This document shows positions 1 through 7,686 of a DNA stretch of 42,214 nt, one piece after another. The DNA comes from an uncultured Pseudomonadota bacterium (GTDB taxonomy: Bacteria > Babelota > Babeliae > Babelales > JAUPTZ01): the NCBI GenBank assembly GCA_964429275.1, contig CAYSBJ010000002.1:240245-282458 (forward strand), read 5' to 3'. Positions within the stretch are counted from its first letter, which is position 1, and every line of letters begins with the position of its first letter. The notes beneath the pieces were generated by a model. That model ran no database searches. It had not been told where the DNA came from and was given only the letters and a program-made list of their open reading frames with translations. Both the position numbers and the translations under genes were made by a program.

Positions 1-844
1 GAGCGGTAGGGTGCTTTTCTGCTGCAGCAAGTTGATAGTAGCGAAACGCCTCAGCCTTATTAGCCTTAAAGTGCACTCCTTGAAAATGCATAAGCCCCAA
101 GGCGCACAGCGCATCAGAGTGTCCCTTGGCTGCGGCGAGTGCATACCACCGCGCCGCCTCAGCATAGTTAAGTTCAAGGCCTTCGCCGTTGTAATAAATT
201 TGGCCAACAGAGGCCATTGCATCTACATGGCCTTGCAATGCCGCTTTGAGCATCCACTTTGCACCCTCAGTAATATCTTTACGCACGCCAAAACCTGCAT
301 AATAGAGTAACCCTAGATTATACTGAGCATGAGAATCATTGTTTTGCGCAGCAACTTTATACCAAGAGAAGGAGATTTCGGGGTCTTTTTTTACGCCTGC
401 ACCGCTACCATATATAGCGGCAAGAGCAATTTGGGCGGGGGCAAAGCCGCGATCTGCTGCCTTGCGAAAATAGGCAAGTGCTCGGAAAATATCTTTTTTA
501 GTTCCAGCCCCATTTTTGCACATTTCACCATAGAAACATTGGGCTTCAAAGTCGCCAGCATCCGCTGCCTTTAGCATCCATTCTGCGGCCAACTTGGCAT
601 CTTTCCAAGGAAAGTTTTCAGTGGCATACAAAACAGCTAGACCTTTTTGTGAAAAAACATCGCCGGCCGCTGCCTTACTTTGCAACCGCTCAAGCTCTTG
701 AAGAGTATATGTTGCCGGCGCTTCTTCGACTTTAACCTTATGGGCAAGCTTTACTTGAACTAATTCTTCCTGTGGCTTAGAGGGCAACGAAATAGTCTCT
801 TGCGAAGAAAAAATCCTTTTGAGGAAATTAGGAATTAAAGACAT
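1..844 (-). CDS. Sel1-like repeat (SLR) protein, 3' end runs off the window
   Basis: Not in the ORF track because there is no stop in the window. Manual translation from ATG 844: MSLIPNFLKRIF...KAADAGDFEAQCFYGEMCKNGAGTKKDIFRALAYFRKAADRGFAPAQIALAAIYGSGAGVKKDPEISFSWYKVAAQNNDSHAQYNLGLLYYAGFGVRKDITEGAKWMLKAALQGHVDAM..., about 6 Sel1 units. Confidence 0.92.
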   Translation of the reverse strand, partial: MSLIPNFLKRIFSSQETISLPSKPQEELVQVKLAHKVKVEEAPATYTLQELERLQSKAAAGDVFSQKGLAVLYATENFPWKDAKLAAEWMLKAADAGDFEAQCFYGEMCKNGAGTKKDIFRALAYFRKAADRGFAPAQIALAAIYGSGAGVKKDPEISFSWYKVAAQNNDSHAQYNLGLLYYAGFGVRKDITEGAKWMLKAALQGHVDAMASVGQIYYNGEGLELNYAEAARWYALAAAKGHSDALCALGLMHFQGVHFKANKAEAFRYYQLAAAEKHPTA

Positions 845-872
845 GGCGATTATCCTTCGTATACATAATTGA

Positions 873-1229
873 CTAAGAATGGTTGGGTTGAGGGGCTGGT
901 TCTCGCCAAGGTGCTATCGTAAGAACCTCTGCTATGTGTGACACTTGAGTCGTGACTGTTTTGGCCACCTTCCTGCCGGTATTAACAACATTTTGAATGC
1001 CACAACGGACTGCCGACTTGGCCGCAAGGGCGAACCATTTAATAGAACTTGTTTTGCTTTGCTCAACACCAGTGCCAAAAAAGTACATGTAGCCGAGCGT
1101 TGCCTGCGCCTTAGGGCTGCCTTTCTTGGCAGCATGCTGAATAAGGCTAATGGATATAGCAAAAGAAAGAAGGGTGGTGAGGGCTCCAAATAAAAGCCAC
1201 TTGAGGAGGGTATAAATATGCTTTTTCAT
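873..1229 (-). CDS. Small membrane-anchored protein with a single Sel1 repeat
   Basis: MKKHIY.. hydrophobic N-terminal helix, then AAKKGSPKAQATLGYMYFFGTGVEQSKTSSIKWFALAA (Sel1 consensus). ATG 1229 preferred over GTG 1277. Confidence 0.75.
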   Translation of the reverse strand: MKKHIYTLLKWLLFGALTTLLSFAISISLIQHAAKKGSPKAQATLGYMYFFGTGVEQSKTSSIKWFALAAKSAVRCGIQNVVNTGRKVAKTVTTQVSHIAEVLTIAPWREPAPQPNHS

Positions 1230-1353
1230 GCAAACAACTCTGCCTTCAGTAAAAACTATAAAAACCACGGGCTCCACAGTAAACTAAAATTTCAAATCGA
1301 GCAAGGGGTGGATAGGCAAAGAAGTACTTTAAGTTCCACTCACAAAAACCTAT

Positions 1354-1381
1354 TAATCCGATAATGACAATTATGTCAAAA
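1354..1381 (+). other. dif-like XerC/XerD recombination site
   Basis: TAATCCGATAA-TGACAA-TTATGTCAAAA has the 11-6-11 layout with ATAA/TTAT inner dyad. The right arm matches the E. coli XerD arm TTATGTTAAAT at 9/11. It is intergenic. Confidence 0.7.
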
Positions 1382-1382
1382 T

Positions 1383-1418
1383 AAAAAATCCACCGCACAA
1401 GAAACCTTATACGGTGGA
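1383..1418 (-). terminator. Rho-independent terminator
   Basis: Minus strand TCCACCGTATAAG-GTTT-CTTGTGCGGTGGA-TTTTTT: 13-bp stem whose G-U pairs only work on the minus strand, followed by a U-tract. Confidence 0.8.
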
Positions 1419-1444
1419 AGAAGGAGAGTAGTAATGAGGTGGTT

Positions 1445-1472
1445 ATGATAATATATTCTGAGAGAAAATCAA
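1445..1472 (-). promoter_or_regulatory. Putative sigma70 promoter driving a short transcript into the 1383-1418 terminator
   Basis: Minus strand TTGATT-16 nt-TATCAT. Confidence 0.4.
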
Positions 1473-1519
1473 GCGAAAAAAGAAAAGATGCGATAAATAA
1501 ACACTTTTTGCTTTACATG

Positions 1520-1700
1520 GTCGTCTCAATATTGCAATCCGACGTAGTTTTATGAGTTGTCGTGCAAGTTGAGCGCAAGTGCCCTACGGCTTGCCCTCCA
1601 TCCTCTGGATGCTCACAATTAAAGGGTCAAAGCTCATTCAGGACTGCGTACTCTCGCCCAATCTCCAGAGCGTGGGACGCTCATTCCAAAGCTGAGCAAA
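1520..1700 (-). ncRNA. Candidate structured ncRNA (6S-like irregular rod)
   Basis: ORF-poor intergenic segment with nested complementarity on the minus strand (ACGCAGT..ATGAG with CTCAT..ACTACGT, TGAGC with GCTCA, hairpins CATCC/GGATG and GAGGGCAAG/CTTGCGCTC) around an unpaired TTTGACCCTTTAATT. Confidence 0.3.
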
Positions 1701-1808
1701 AAACTTAAATTTTTCTATTTTGCCGTCGAGCAACATTTGAACGATTGAGGCTTTTTTATGGTCAAGAGCAAGGCTTTGGCTTCTTTTAATATCAAGCAAG
1801 GATTTCAC

Positions 1809-2885
1809 TTATGCTAGCCGCACAAGCTGCGCTCCTTGCGAAAAAGAAACCATATCAACCAAGGGACAGGTAATAACAACCCCACAACCAAGGCTTTGAA
1901 CCATACTAAGTACGGCTGTCATTACTTTTTTATCAAGGTCGGTTACAAAGTCATCGAGTATAAACACAATAGTGCGTGAGCGACTTCCTTGCTCCTGAAG
2001 TACTCGTATCATTGCGGCCCTGAGTAGCAATACAATGAGCTTTTGCTGACCACGGGAGGCGTACAGACGTGCATTTTTCTCCCCAAAGCCAATAACCACG
2101 TCATCAAGGTGACAGCCAAACAAAGTCCGACGTTGGTATTGCTCCTGAGAAAGCGTGCTTATTTGGTGCTCGGTCCAAAACTCAGTAAAAGTTTGGTGTG
2201 AACCCCCTTTTTGCTTATATGTAAGAGTTATCGGTGGCAACTCAAGGCCCAAATGTCTCGCTAAGTAGGTTACTTCTTTTTGAAGTAGCGCTAATCCGGC
2301 TTTTCGGCGACGTACAATTTCAGTTGAGTTATCCCATAATTGATGCGTCCACAATACAAAATGATCGTCATGACACTGGCCATTAAGTAACAATTGTGTT
2401 CGCTGGCTCACCATGTGCTTATTTAAGCGTAACAACTCTGCCATGCCCGGATCTTGCAAAACACACAACTGATTGATAAACGAACGGCGCTCTTCCGGTC
2501 CTTCTTGGATAATGCCCAGGTCATGCTCGCTCACTAACACCACTTTGTAGTAATCCATGATCTCTTTATACGTAGTGATGATCATATCATTGACCTTTAC
2601 GCGCTTAGCCCCATCCTCAAACCCAATTTGAATGGTATAGCTGTCTCCATCAGCAAGTTGGCCATGAAGACGCAAGAAAAAGGCAATTTCATCACCATGT
2701 CGCACAACGTCACTTGCGCGATGCGTACGGAAAGACTTGAGATAGCAGGCATAATACAGTGCTTCAGCAATACTTGATTTACCGGAACCATTTGGCCCTT
2801 CAATAATCAAAAACGGCTGATCGACGGCAAGATCAAGTTGATCAAAACAGCGAAAATTACGAAGTGTGAGATGCGTTATGCGCAC
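1809..2885 (-). CDS. recF: DNA replication/repair protein RecF
   Basis: LRNFR N-terminus, Walker A GPNGSGKS, SFRT, GPEERR, ASRGQQKL signature, LDD Walker B. Confidence 0.95.
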   Translation of the reverse strand: MRITHLTLRNFRCFDQLDLAVDQPFLIIEGPNGSGKSSIAEALYYACYLKSFRTHRASDVVRHGDEIAFFLRLHGQLADGDSYTIQIGFEDGAKRVKVNDMIITTYKEIMDYYKVVLVSEHDLGIIQEGPEERRSFINQLCVLQDPGMAELLRLNKHMVSQRTQLLLNGQCHDDHFVLWTHQLWDNSTEIVRRRKAGLALLQKEVTYLARHLGLELPPITLTYKQKGGSHQTFTEFWTEHQISTLSQEQYQRRTLFGCHLDDVVIGFGEKNARLYASRGQQKLIVLLLRAAMIRVLQEQGSRSRTIVFILDDFVTDLDKKVMTAVLSMVQSLGCGVVITCPLVDMVSFSQGAQLVRLA

Positions 2886-2897
2886 AATATCCCGCGC

Positions 2898-4034
2898 TTA
2901 CGCAGCGTTTACGGCGCTAACTGGCATTACCAAATAGGTAAAGGAGTACTCTTCATTAGCATCATCAAAAATGATAGGCCGCATGCTGTTTTTGATATGA
3001 AAATTAACCATGTCGCCAGACAGAGCCTGAAGACCATTTAGCAAATATGGTGAATAGAAGCGGCTTTCTACTGGCACGCTGTCAAACATACTCAGGGGCA
3101 ATGATTCTTTAAGTGAGCCAACTTCCTTATTACTCAATTTAACATCAAGCCCTTCGCGTGCAAACGTAAAAGTAGTTGAAAGGAATTGTCCGGCAAGCAA
3201 GCAGCCGGTGCGCTTGAGTGTGCGGCTGAAATCACCACGATGAACACGTGCAGGGATAAATCCTTGCTTGTCCAAGATTGGTGCATATTCAGGGAATGGG
3301 CTTGCGATTAATTTGGTAAAGAAATTAAAGTTCGGGCCAGAGAAGACCAACTGGCTGCCGCACATACCCAAAAATACTTGTTCGGTCCCGCCCACTTCGA
3401 TTATTTTTTTTAATTCCATGACAGCGCGCTTAGGAAGCAACCATTTATGTTTTTCCCCAAGAGTGTACTTGCTCGTTGTAATACGCGCCAAGGAGTGCCC
3501 ATCAGTGGCAACCATGCTGGTGCCCTTGTTGTCGATTTCTAAAAGTAGTCCATTCAATGCGGCATTTGAATTATTGGATGGCACCAGGAAAGATACTTTG
3601 TTCAGCAAGCCAACCAAGAATTGAGCATCGATATGCATAAGGTTCTCAATGCGTTCTGGGAAGGCAGGAAAATCTTGTGCTGACTTAATGTTAAGCGATA
3701 AATCAACACCACCGCAACGCAGGCTCAGTGCATTTCCCTCAAGGGTAAAAGTAATATCACCATCCATTTCTTTAACGATATCAAATATACGCTTTCCTGA
3801 AACAAGGAAGCTCATAGCGTCATTAACTGAGCTTTCAATTTCTGCAGTAGACTGAAGGCTGATTTCCATATCAGTTGCTTTGATTGTTAGCTCACGCGGC
3901 GTAATAGAAAAAAGAATTGATTCGGTGCTTTCAAGAGGTGTTCTTTTATTGCAGATCGGTTGCATAGAGCTGAGGAGTGAAAAAATTGTGGGCTGCGCAA
4001 TTACAAAAGAATTAGGCGCTAAAGTTAGTGACAT
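2898..4034 (-). CDS. dnaN: DNA polymerase III beta sliding clamp
   Basis: ATDMEI, DFPAFP, VATDGHSLA, FPEY and C-terminal YLVMPV. Start likely ATG 4034 (MSLTLAPNSF). Confidence 0.95.
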   Translation of the reverse strand: MSLTLAPNSFVIAQPTIFSLLSSMQPICNKRTPLESTESILFSITPRELTIKATDMEISLQSTAEIESSVNDAMSFLVSGKRIFDIVKEMDGDITFTLEGNALSLRCGGVDLSLNIKSAQDFPAFPERIENLMHIDAQFLVGLLNKVSFLVPSNNSNAALNGLLLEIDNKGTSMVATDGHSLARITTSKYTLGEKHKWLLPKRAVMELKKIIEVGGTEQVFLGMCGSQLVFSGPNFNFFTKLIASPFPEYAPILDKQGFIPARVHRGDFSRTLKRTGCLLAGQFLSTTFTFAREGLDVKLSNKEVGSLKESLPLSMFDSVPVESRFYSPYLLNGLQALSGDMVNFHIKNSMRPIIFDDANEEYSFTYLVMPVSAVNAA

Positions 4035-4113
4035 GGAAAACCTCTGCACAAAAGAATGAACTACAATGGGGTGCGAGTATAAGAAAATTACTGCCAACGG
4101 TCAAAGAGCTGAC

Positions 4114-4878
4114 TTAAGATTTCTTCAGCTTATCCATGTGCTCTTGTTTTGGTGCTTCTGCGAGCACTACCAGGTAAGGCTCAATTTTAGTTGCGAAATA
4201 GCGCGCAGCATTTTTGCCACAAAACAGGCATCCTGCTTCAGCGGCAAAAATGCTATATCCAAGTGTAAGTGGGAGCGCCGCAGCCCCCTCAAGTAATGGC
4301 AGTTCAATTCCAACTTCACTCGCGACTTTCTGTGGAAGACAACAACATAAAGCTGTTATATAAGAACAATAAAATACTTTATCACCAGAAGATAAGCGCG
4401 AAAACTTTTTTTTACAAAGGATGCATTTTTGCTCTATTGAGGGCTCTTCTGGGCCGACATTGCAAAGAAATATGCAGCACGAACAGGTACTCATTACCAT
4501 AGAATCATCAGTCAATGACTTTTTATAATGCACACCAAAATTGCACTTCCTTGGACAGCCTGCAAAACCTTTTTTAAGCGAATGTTTATTTACATACACC
4601 AAAGAAATCTTTTCGGCATTCAAAGTGTCATCATCAGGAATTTTTTCGGCATTCAAAATATCATCATCTTTTATTATGCCAATATAAGCGTTCTTTTTTC
4701 GGCACGCTTGTACGCATAAGATAGTTTCAGGAATAAGCCTTTGGCAACAGAAACAAACGCTAAATGCTAAGCAAACGTTGCCGCATGAAGAGCCGAGATC
4801 TCTCTCTGCTGCGTAGAGATGAATGCCACCTGCAAAAAAGAGCATTAAAGCAAACAAATAAAACCTATTAATTATCAT
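4114..4878 (-). CDS. Cys-rich exported hypothetical protein
   Basis: Signal-peptide-like MIINRFYLFALMLFFAGGIHLYA from ATG 4878; 21 Cys counted, including CFCC, CSCC, CCC and CxxC. Confidence 0.6.
   Translation of the reverse strand: MIINRFYLFALMLFFAGGIHLYAAERDLGSSCGNVCLAFSVCFCCQRLIPETILCVQACRKKNAYIGIIKDDDILNAEKIPDDDTLNAEKISLVYVNKHSLKKGFAGCPRKCNFGVHYKKSLTDDSMVMSTCSCCIFLCNVGPEEPSIEQKCILCKKKFSRLSSGDKVFYCSYITALCCCLPQKVASEVGIELPLLEGAAALPLTLGYSIFAAEAGCLFCGKNAARYFATKIEPYLVVLAEAPKQEHMDKLKKS
4604..4669 (-). repeat. Two-copy 33-nt tandem repeat (DDDILNAEKIP/DDDTLNAEKIS)
   Basis: Near-identical units 4604-4636 and 4637-4669, in frame within the Cys-rich CDS. Confidence 0.9.
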
Positions 4879-5206
4879 GTTTTTTCCTATTTCGAGGGTA
4901 CTTACAAAACATACCTGGCTTTGGTATGTAGTCTGGTTCTCCAAGAGCCTCTTCTTCGCTGCTTACTAAAACAGCATCATTCTTAATATCGTCTTTTGCC
5001 GCGCTACCGCAATCGCATTCACACGCGCAGAATCCCAAAGCAATAATACGCCGACATGTTTCTCTAGAGTGATTAAAACACCAAAGCTGCTCGCCAACCA
5101 GGGGCGCATCGGTCCTTGCGCAGCAATCTGCTCCTATAGAAGTCCGCATTTGTAGGGATAAAAACACGGTTAATGCTATAATCACTATGAGATTTTTAAG
5201 ATTCAT
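4868..5206 (-). CDS. Small Cys-rich exported hypothetical protein
   Basis: Signal peptide MNLKNLIVIIALTVFLSLQMRTSIGA; 9 Cys including CACECDC. Confidence 0.6.
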   Translation of the reverse strand: MNLKNLIVIIALTVFLSLQMRTSIGADCCARTDAPLVGEQLWCFNHSRETCRRIIALGFCACECDCGSAAKDDIKNDAVLVSSEEEALGEPDYIPKPGMFCKYPRNRKKHDN

Positions 5207-5218
5207 AAGTCAGCCCTT

Positions 5219-6145
5219 TTATGCTCGTGGGTGTTTGTGATCGTAGGCCTTGCGCACCATGCTCTTATCGAGGTGCGTGTAAATTTCGACGGTACTCATT
5301 TGTTCATGACCAAGCCACAACTGCAAGGAGCGTATGTCGGCCCCGGCCTGTAGCAAATGTGTTGCAAGTGAGTGGCGCAGTGTGTGCGGTGATACGTTTT
5401 TGCTGATGCCAGAAACAGCAAGAATGCCCTTGAGAATACACCAAAAAGCCTGGCGCGTAATTGCCGTTATTTTGCGGCCGCGCACAGTAGGAAAGATGAG
5501 GGTTTTTCCGTTGACGCCCAGGCCCGCATCGGCCAACAGGCCGGATAAAATAGTGCGTACGTAAATGCCAAGGGCTTCACAAATAGGCATCGGCAAAGGA
5601 ATTTCACGCTGCCGGCCCCCTTTGCCAAGAACGCTCACAAAGCCGGTATCAAAATGGATGTTCTCAATCCGCAATGTTACGAGCTCGGTGATGCGCAATC
5701 CAGTGGCATACAAAAGTTGTAGCATCATCAAATTGCGTCGACCGCGAAGTGTTTCATCCTGCATTGCAGCTTTGATAAGTGCTTGAATCTCATCATGCGT
5801 TAAATAGGTAGGCAGTGTTTTTTCAATTTTGGGAATAATAAGCACTTCAGCGGCGTTTATTGCCCCGTAACGCTCAGCCAAAAAAGCATATAGAACTTTA
5901 AAAGCAGATACTTTGCGCGCAATCGTGCGCGGCTGCGACTTTGTATTATGGAGTAATCGAATGTACGCCTTTAATTGCGCACCAGTTGCTTGCGGCAAGG
6001 TGATAGCATATTTCTGCATTAAGTGGTCTTGCAGTTGTCCTGCGTCGGTTAAATAAGCACTCACCGAATTGCGGGATAAACGCTTTTCGGTGAGCAAATA
6101 GGTTTGAAAAAAAGAAAGGTAATCAAGGTGGCCAGGTGTTGTCAT
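5219..6145 (-). CDS. xerD: Tyrosine recombinase XerD (XerC/D family)
   Basis: EKRLSRNSVSAY, LYATGLRITEL, GKGGRQR, SPHTLRHSLATHLL, LGH, TVEIYTH and C-terminal HPRA. Confidence 0.85.
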   Translation of the reverse strand: MTTPGHLDYLSFFQTYLLTEKRLSRNSVSAYLTDAGQLQDHLMQKYAITLPQATGAQLKAYIRLLHNTKSQPRTIARKVSAFKVLYAFLAERYGAINAAEVLIIPKIEKTLPTYLTHDEIQALIKAAMQDETLRGRRNLMMLQLLYATGLRITELVTLRIENIHFDTGFVSVLGKGGRQREIPLPMPICEALGIYVRTILSGLLADAGLGVNGKTLIFPTVRGRKITAITRQAFWCILKGILAVSGISKNVSPHTLRHSLATHLLQAGADIRSLQLWLGHEQMSTVEIYTHLDKSMVRKAYDHKHPRA

Positions 6146-6171
6146 GGATACCCACTATAAGTAAAAACGGA

Positions 6172-7620
6172 TCAATAACTCTTTGCCGCCAGTACTATAT
6201 GAGTTGCTGGCTTTTGGCAACAGAAGCACTGTGCCCCATCAGGTGCCACTTCGTCAAGTATACAGCGAATACTGCCCTTGTATGCTACCAGTGCCTCTTC
6301 GCATGATCGCTCAAAACACCAACCGGCTTTGACAAAGCCATTGTACTCTTCAATTGTTTTACCAAAGTCAGTCAGTGAACCACGAGCTGCATTAATTAAC
6401 TGTGCATCGCGGTAGGTCTTTGCACGTGCAAACAACAAGCTTGCCAGTGCCTTCAAGGCAACATGAACGGCACCAACCAATTCACCCGACATGACAACTG
6501 ACTTGCGATCTGCGCCTTCAGCAACAATGCGAGGGGCCAGCATAACGGAATGTTGCGCTACATCGCGCGGCCCCAGCTCCAAGCGAATTGGTACGCCTCG
6601 AAGTTCCCAGTGAAAGAACTTTGCACCAGGACGCTCATCACGAAGATCAATGTGCACGCGAACACCTGCCGTTTCAAGCGCCTGTTTGTGTGTGGTGGCA
6701 GCAGCAGTTACCACTGCTCTTTCTTCTTCGGTCTTAAAAATTGGTACGATAACCACTTGATATTGCGCAATAGCTGGTGGTAATACAAGGCCATTATCAT
6801 CGCCATGCACCATAACTGCTGCTCCAATCATGCGAGTAGTTGTTCCCCAGCTAGTACACCACGGCGATTTCATTTGGCCATCTTTATCTTGGAACTGGAC
6901 GCCGTAGGCCGCAGGAAAAGAATGAGCAAGCAAGTGGCTTGTTCCCATTTGAAGTGCTTTACCGTCTGGCATCATGCCTTCCATAGTAAAGGTTGCTTCG
7001 CCACCAGCAAATCGCTCTTTTGGTGTCTTTTCGCCCGAAAAAACAGGAATGCAAAGCTCTTCAGAAATGAATTTAATATACACGGCAAGCATTTCTTTGG
7101 CCTTTGCGAGCGCTTCTTCGCGAGTCGCGTGAGCAGTGTGGCCTTCTTGCCACAAGAATTCAGCAGTACGAATGAATGGCCGTGTGCGCATTTCCCAGCG
7201 CACGACATTTGCCCATTGATTTAATTGCATTGGCAGATCACGCCATGAAGTAATCCAGCGGGCCATCATATGGTAAATAATTGTTTCTGAAGTTGGGCGA
7301 ATAACGTATGGCTCTTCCAATTGCTTACCGCCGGCATGAGTCACCACTGCGAGTTCAGGAGAAAAGCCTTCAACGTGCTTTGCTTCTTTTTTAAGAAATG
7401 ATTCAGGTATTAGGAGTGGGAAATACGCATTTTCAATGCCTTTTTCTTTAAAGCGTGCGTCCATGATGCGCGTAATGTTTTCCCACAATGCATAGCCGTA
7501 TGGTCGCAGAACTACGCAGCCACGGGTTGGGCTTTCGTCAACGAGTTGAGATTGATAGATAACTTCATTGTACCAACCGAAAAAGTCTTGTGACTTTGAT
7601 GGCAACTTCTGGTTGCTCAT
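6172..7620 (-). CDS. proS: Proline--tRNA ligase, archaeal/eukaryote-like type (no INS editing domain)
   Basis: HVEGFSPE, RPTSET, NQWANVVRWE, FLWQEGHT, QMGTSH, SWGTTTR; C-terminal Cys-containing domain ending AKSY; 482 aa. Confidence 0.97.
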   Translation of the reverse strand: MSNQKLPSKSQDFFGWYNEVIYQSQLVDESPTRGCVVLRPYGYALWENITRIMDARFKEKGIENAYFPLLIPESFLKKEAKHVEGFSPELAVVTHAGGKQLEEPYVIRPTSETIIYHMMARWITSWRDLPMQLNQWANVVRWEMRTRPFIRTAEFLWQEGHTAHATREEALAKAKEMLAVYIKFISEELCIPVFSGEKTPKERFAGGEATFTMEGMMPDGKALQMGTSHLLAHSFPAAYGVQFQDKDGQMKSPWCTSWGTTTRMIGAAVMVHGDDNGLVLPPAIAQYQVVIVPIFKTEEERAVVTAAATTHKQALETAGVRVHIDLRDERPGAKFFHWELRGVPIRLELGPRDVAQHSVMLAPRIVAEGADRKSVVMSGELVGAVHVALKALASLLFARAKTYRDAQLINAARGSLTDFGKTIEEYNGFVKAGWCFERSCEEALVAYKGSIRCILDEVAPDGAQCFCCQKPATHIVLAAKSY

Positions 7621-7686
7621 GGCATCTCCTTATTCAAATTCAAAAATGAGCCGCAAGGATAGCAGATGTTGCACTAAGGCGCTACG

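Noticed and set aside
11..574. Plus-strand ORFs 11-310 and 329-574
   Set aside because: They are shadows of the minus-strand Sel1 gene, which has clear repeat motifs.
1638..1808. 56-codon GTG ORF right after recF (possible DciA/DUF721)
   Set aside because: No recognisable motif or RBS, and it overlaps the structured ncRNA candidate.
5219..6145. Tyrosine recombinase as a prophage/island integrase
   Set aside because: It has XerD-type motifs and size with a C-terminal HPRA, sits next to proS, and no phage genes or att repeats are seen.
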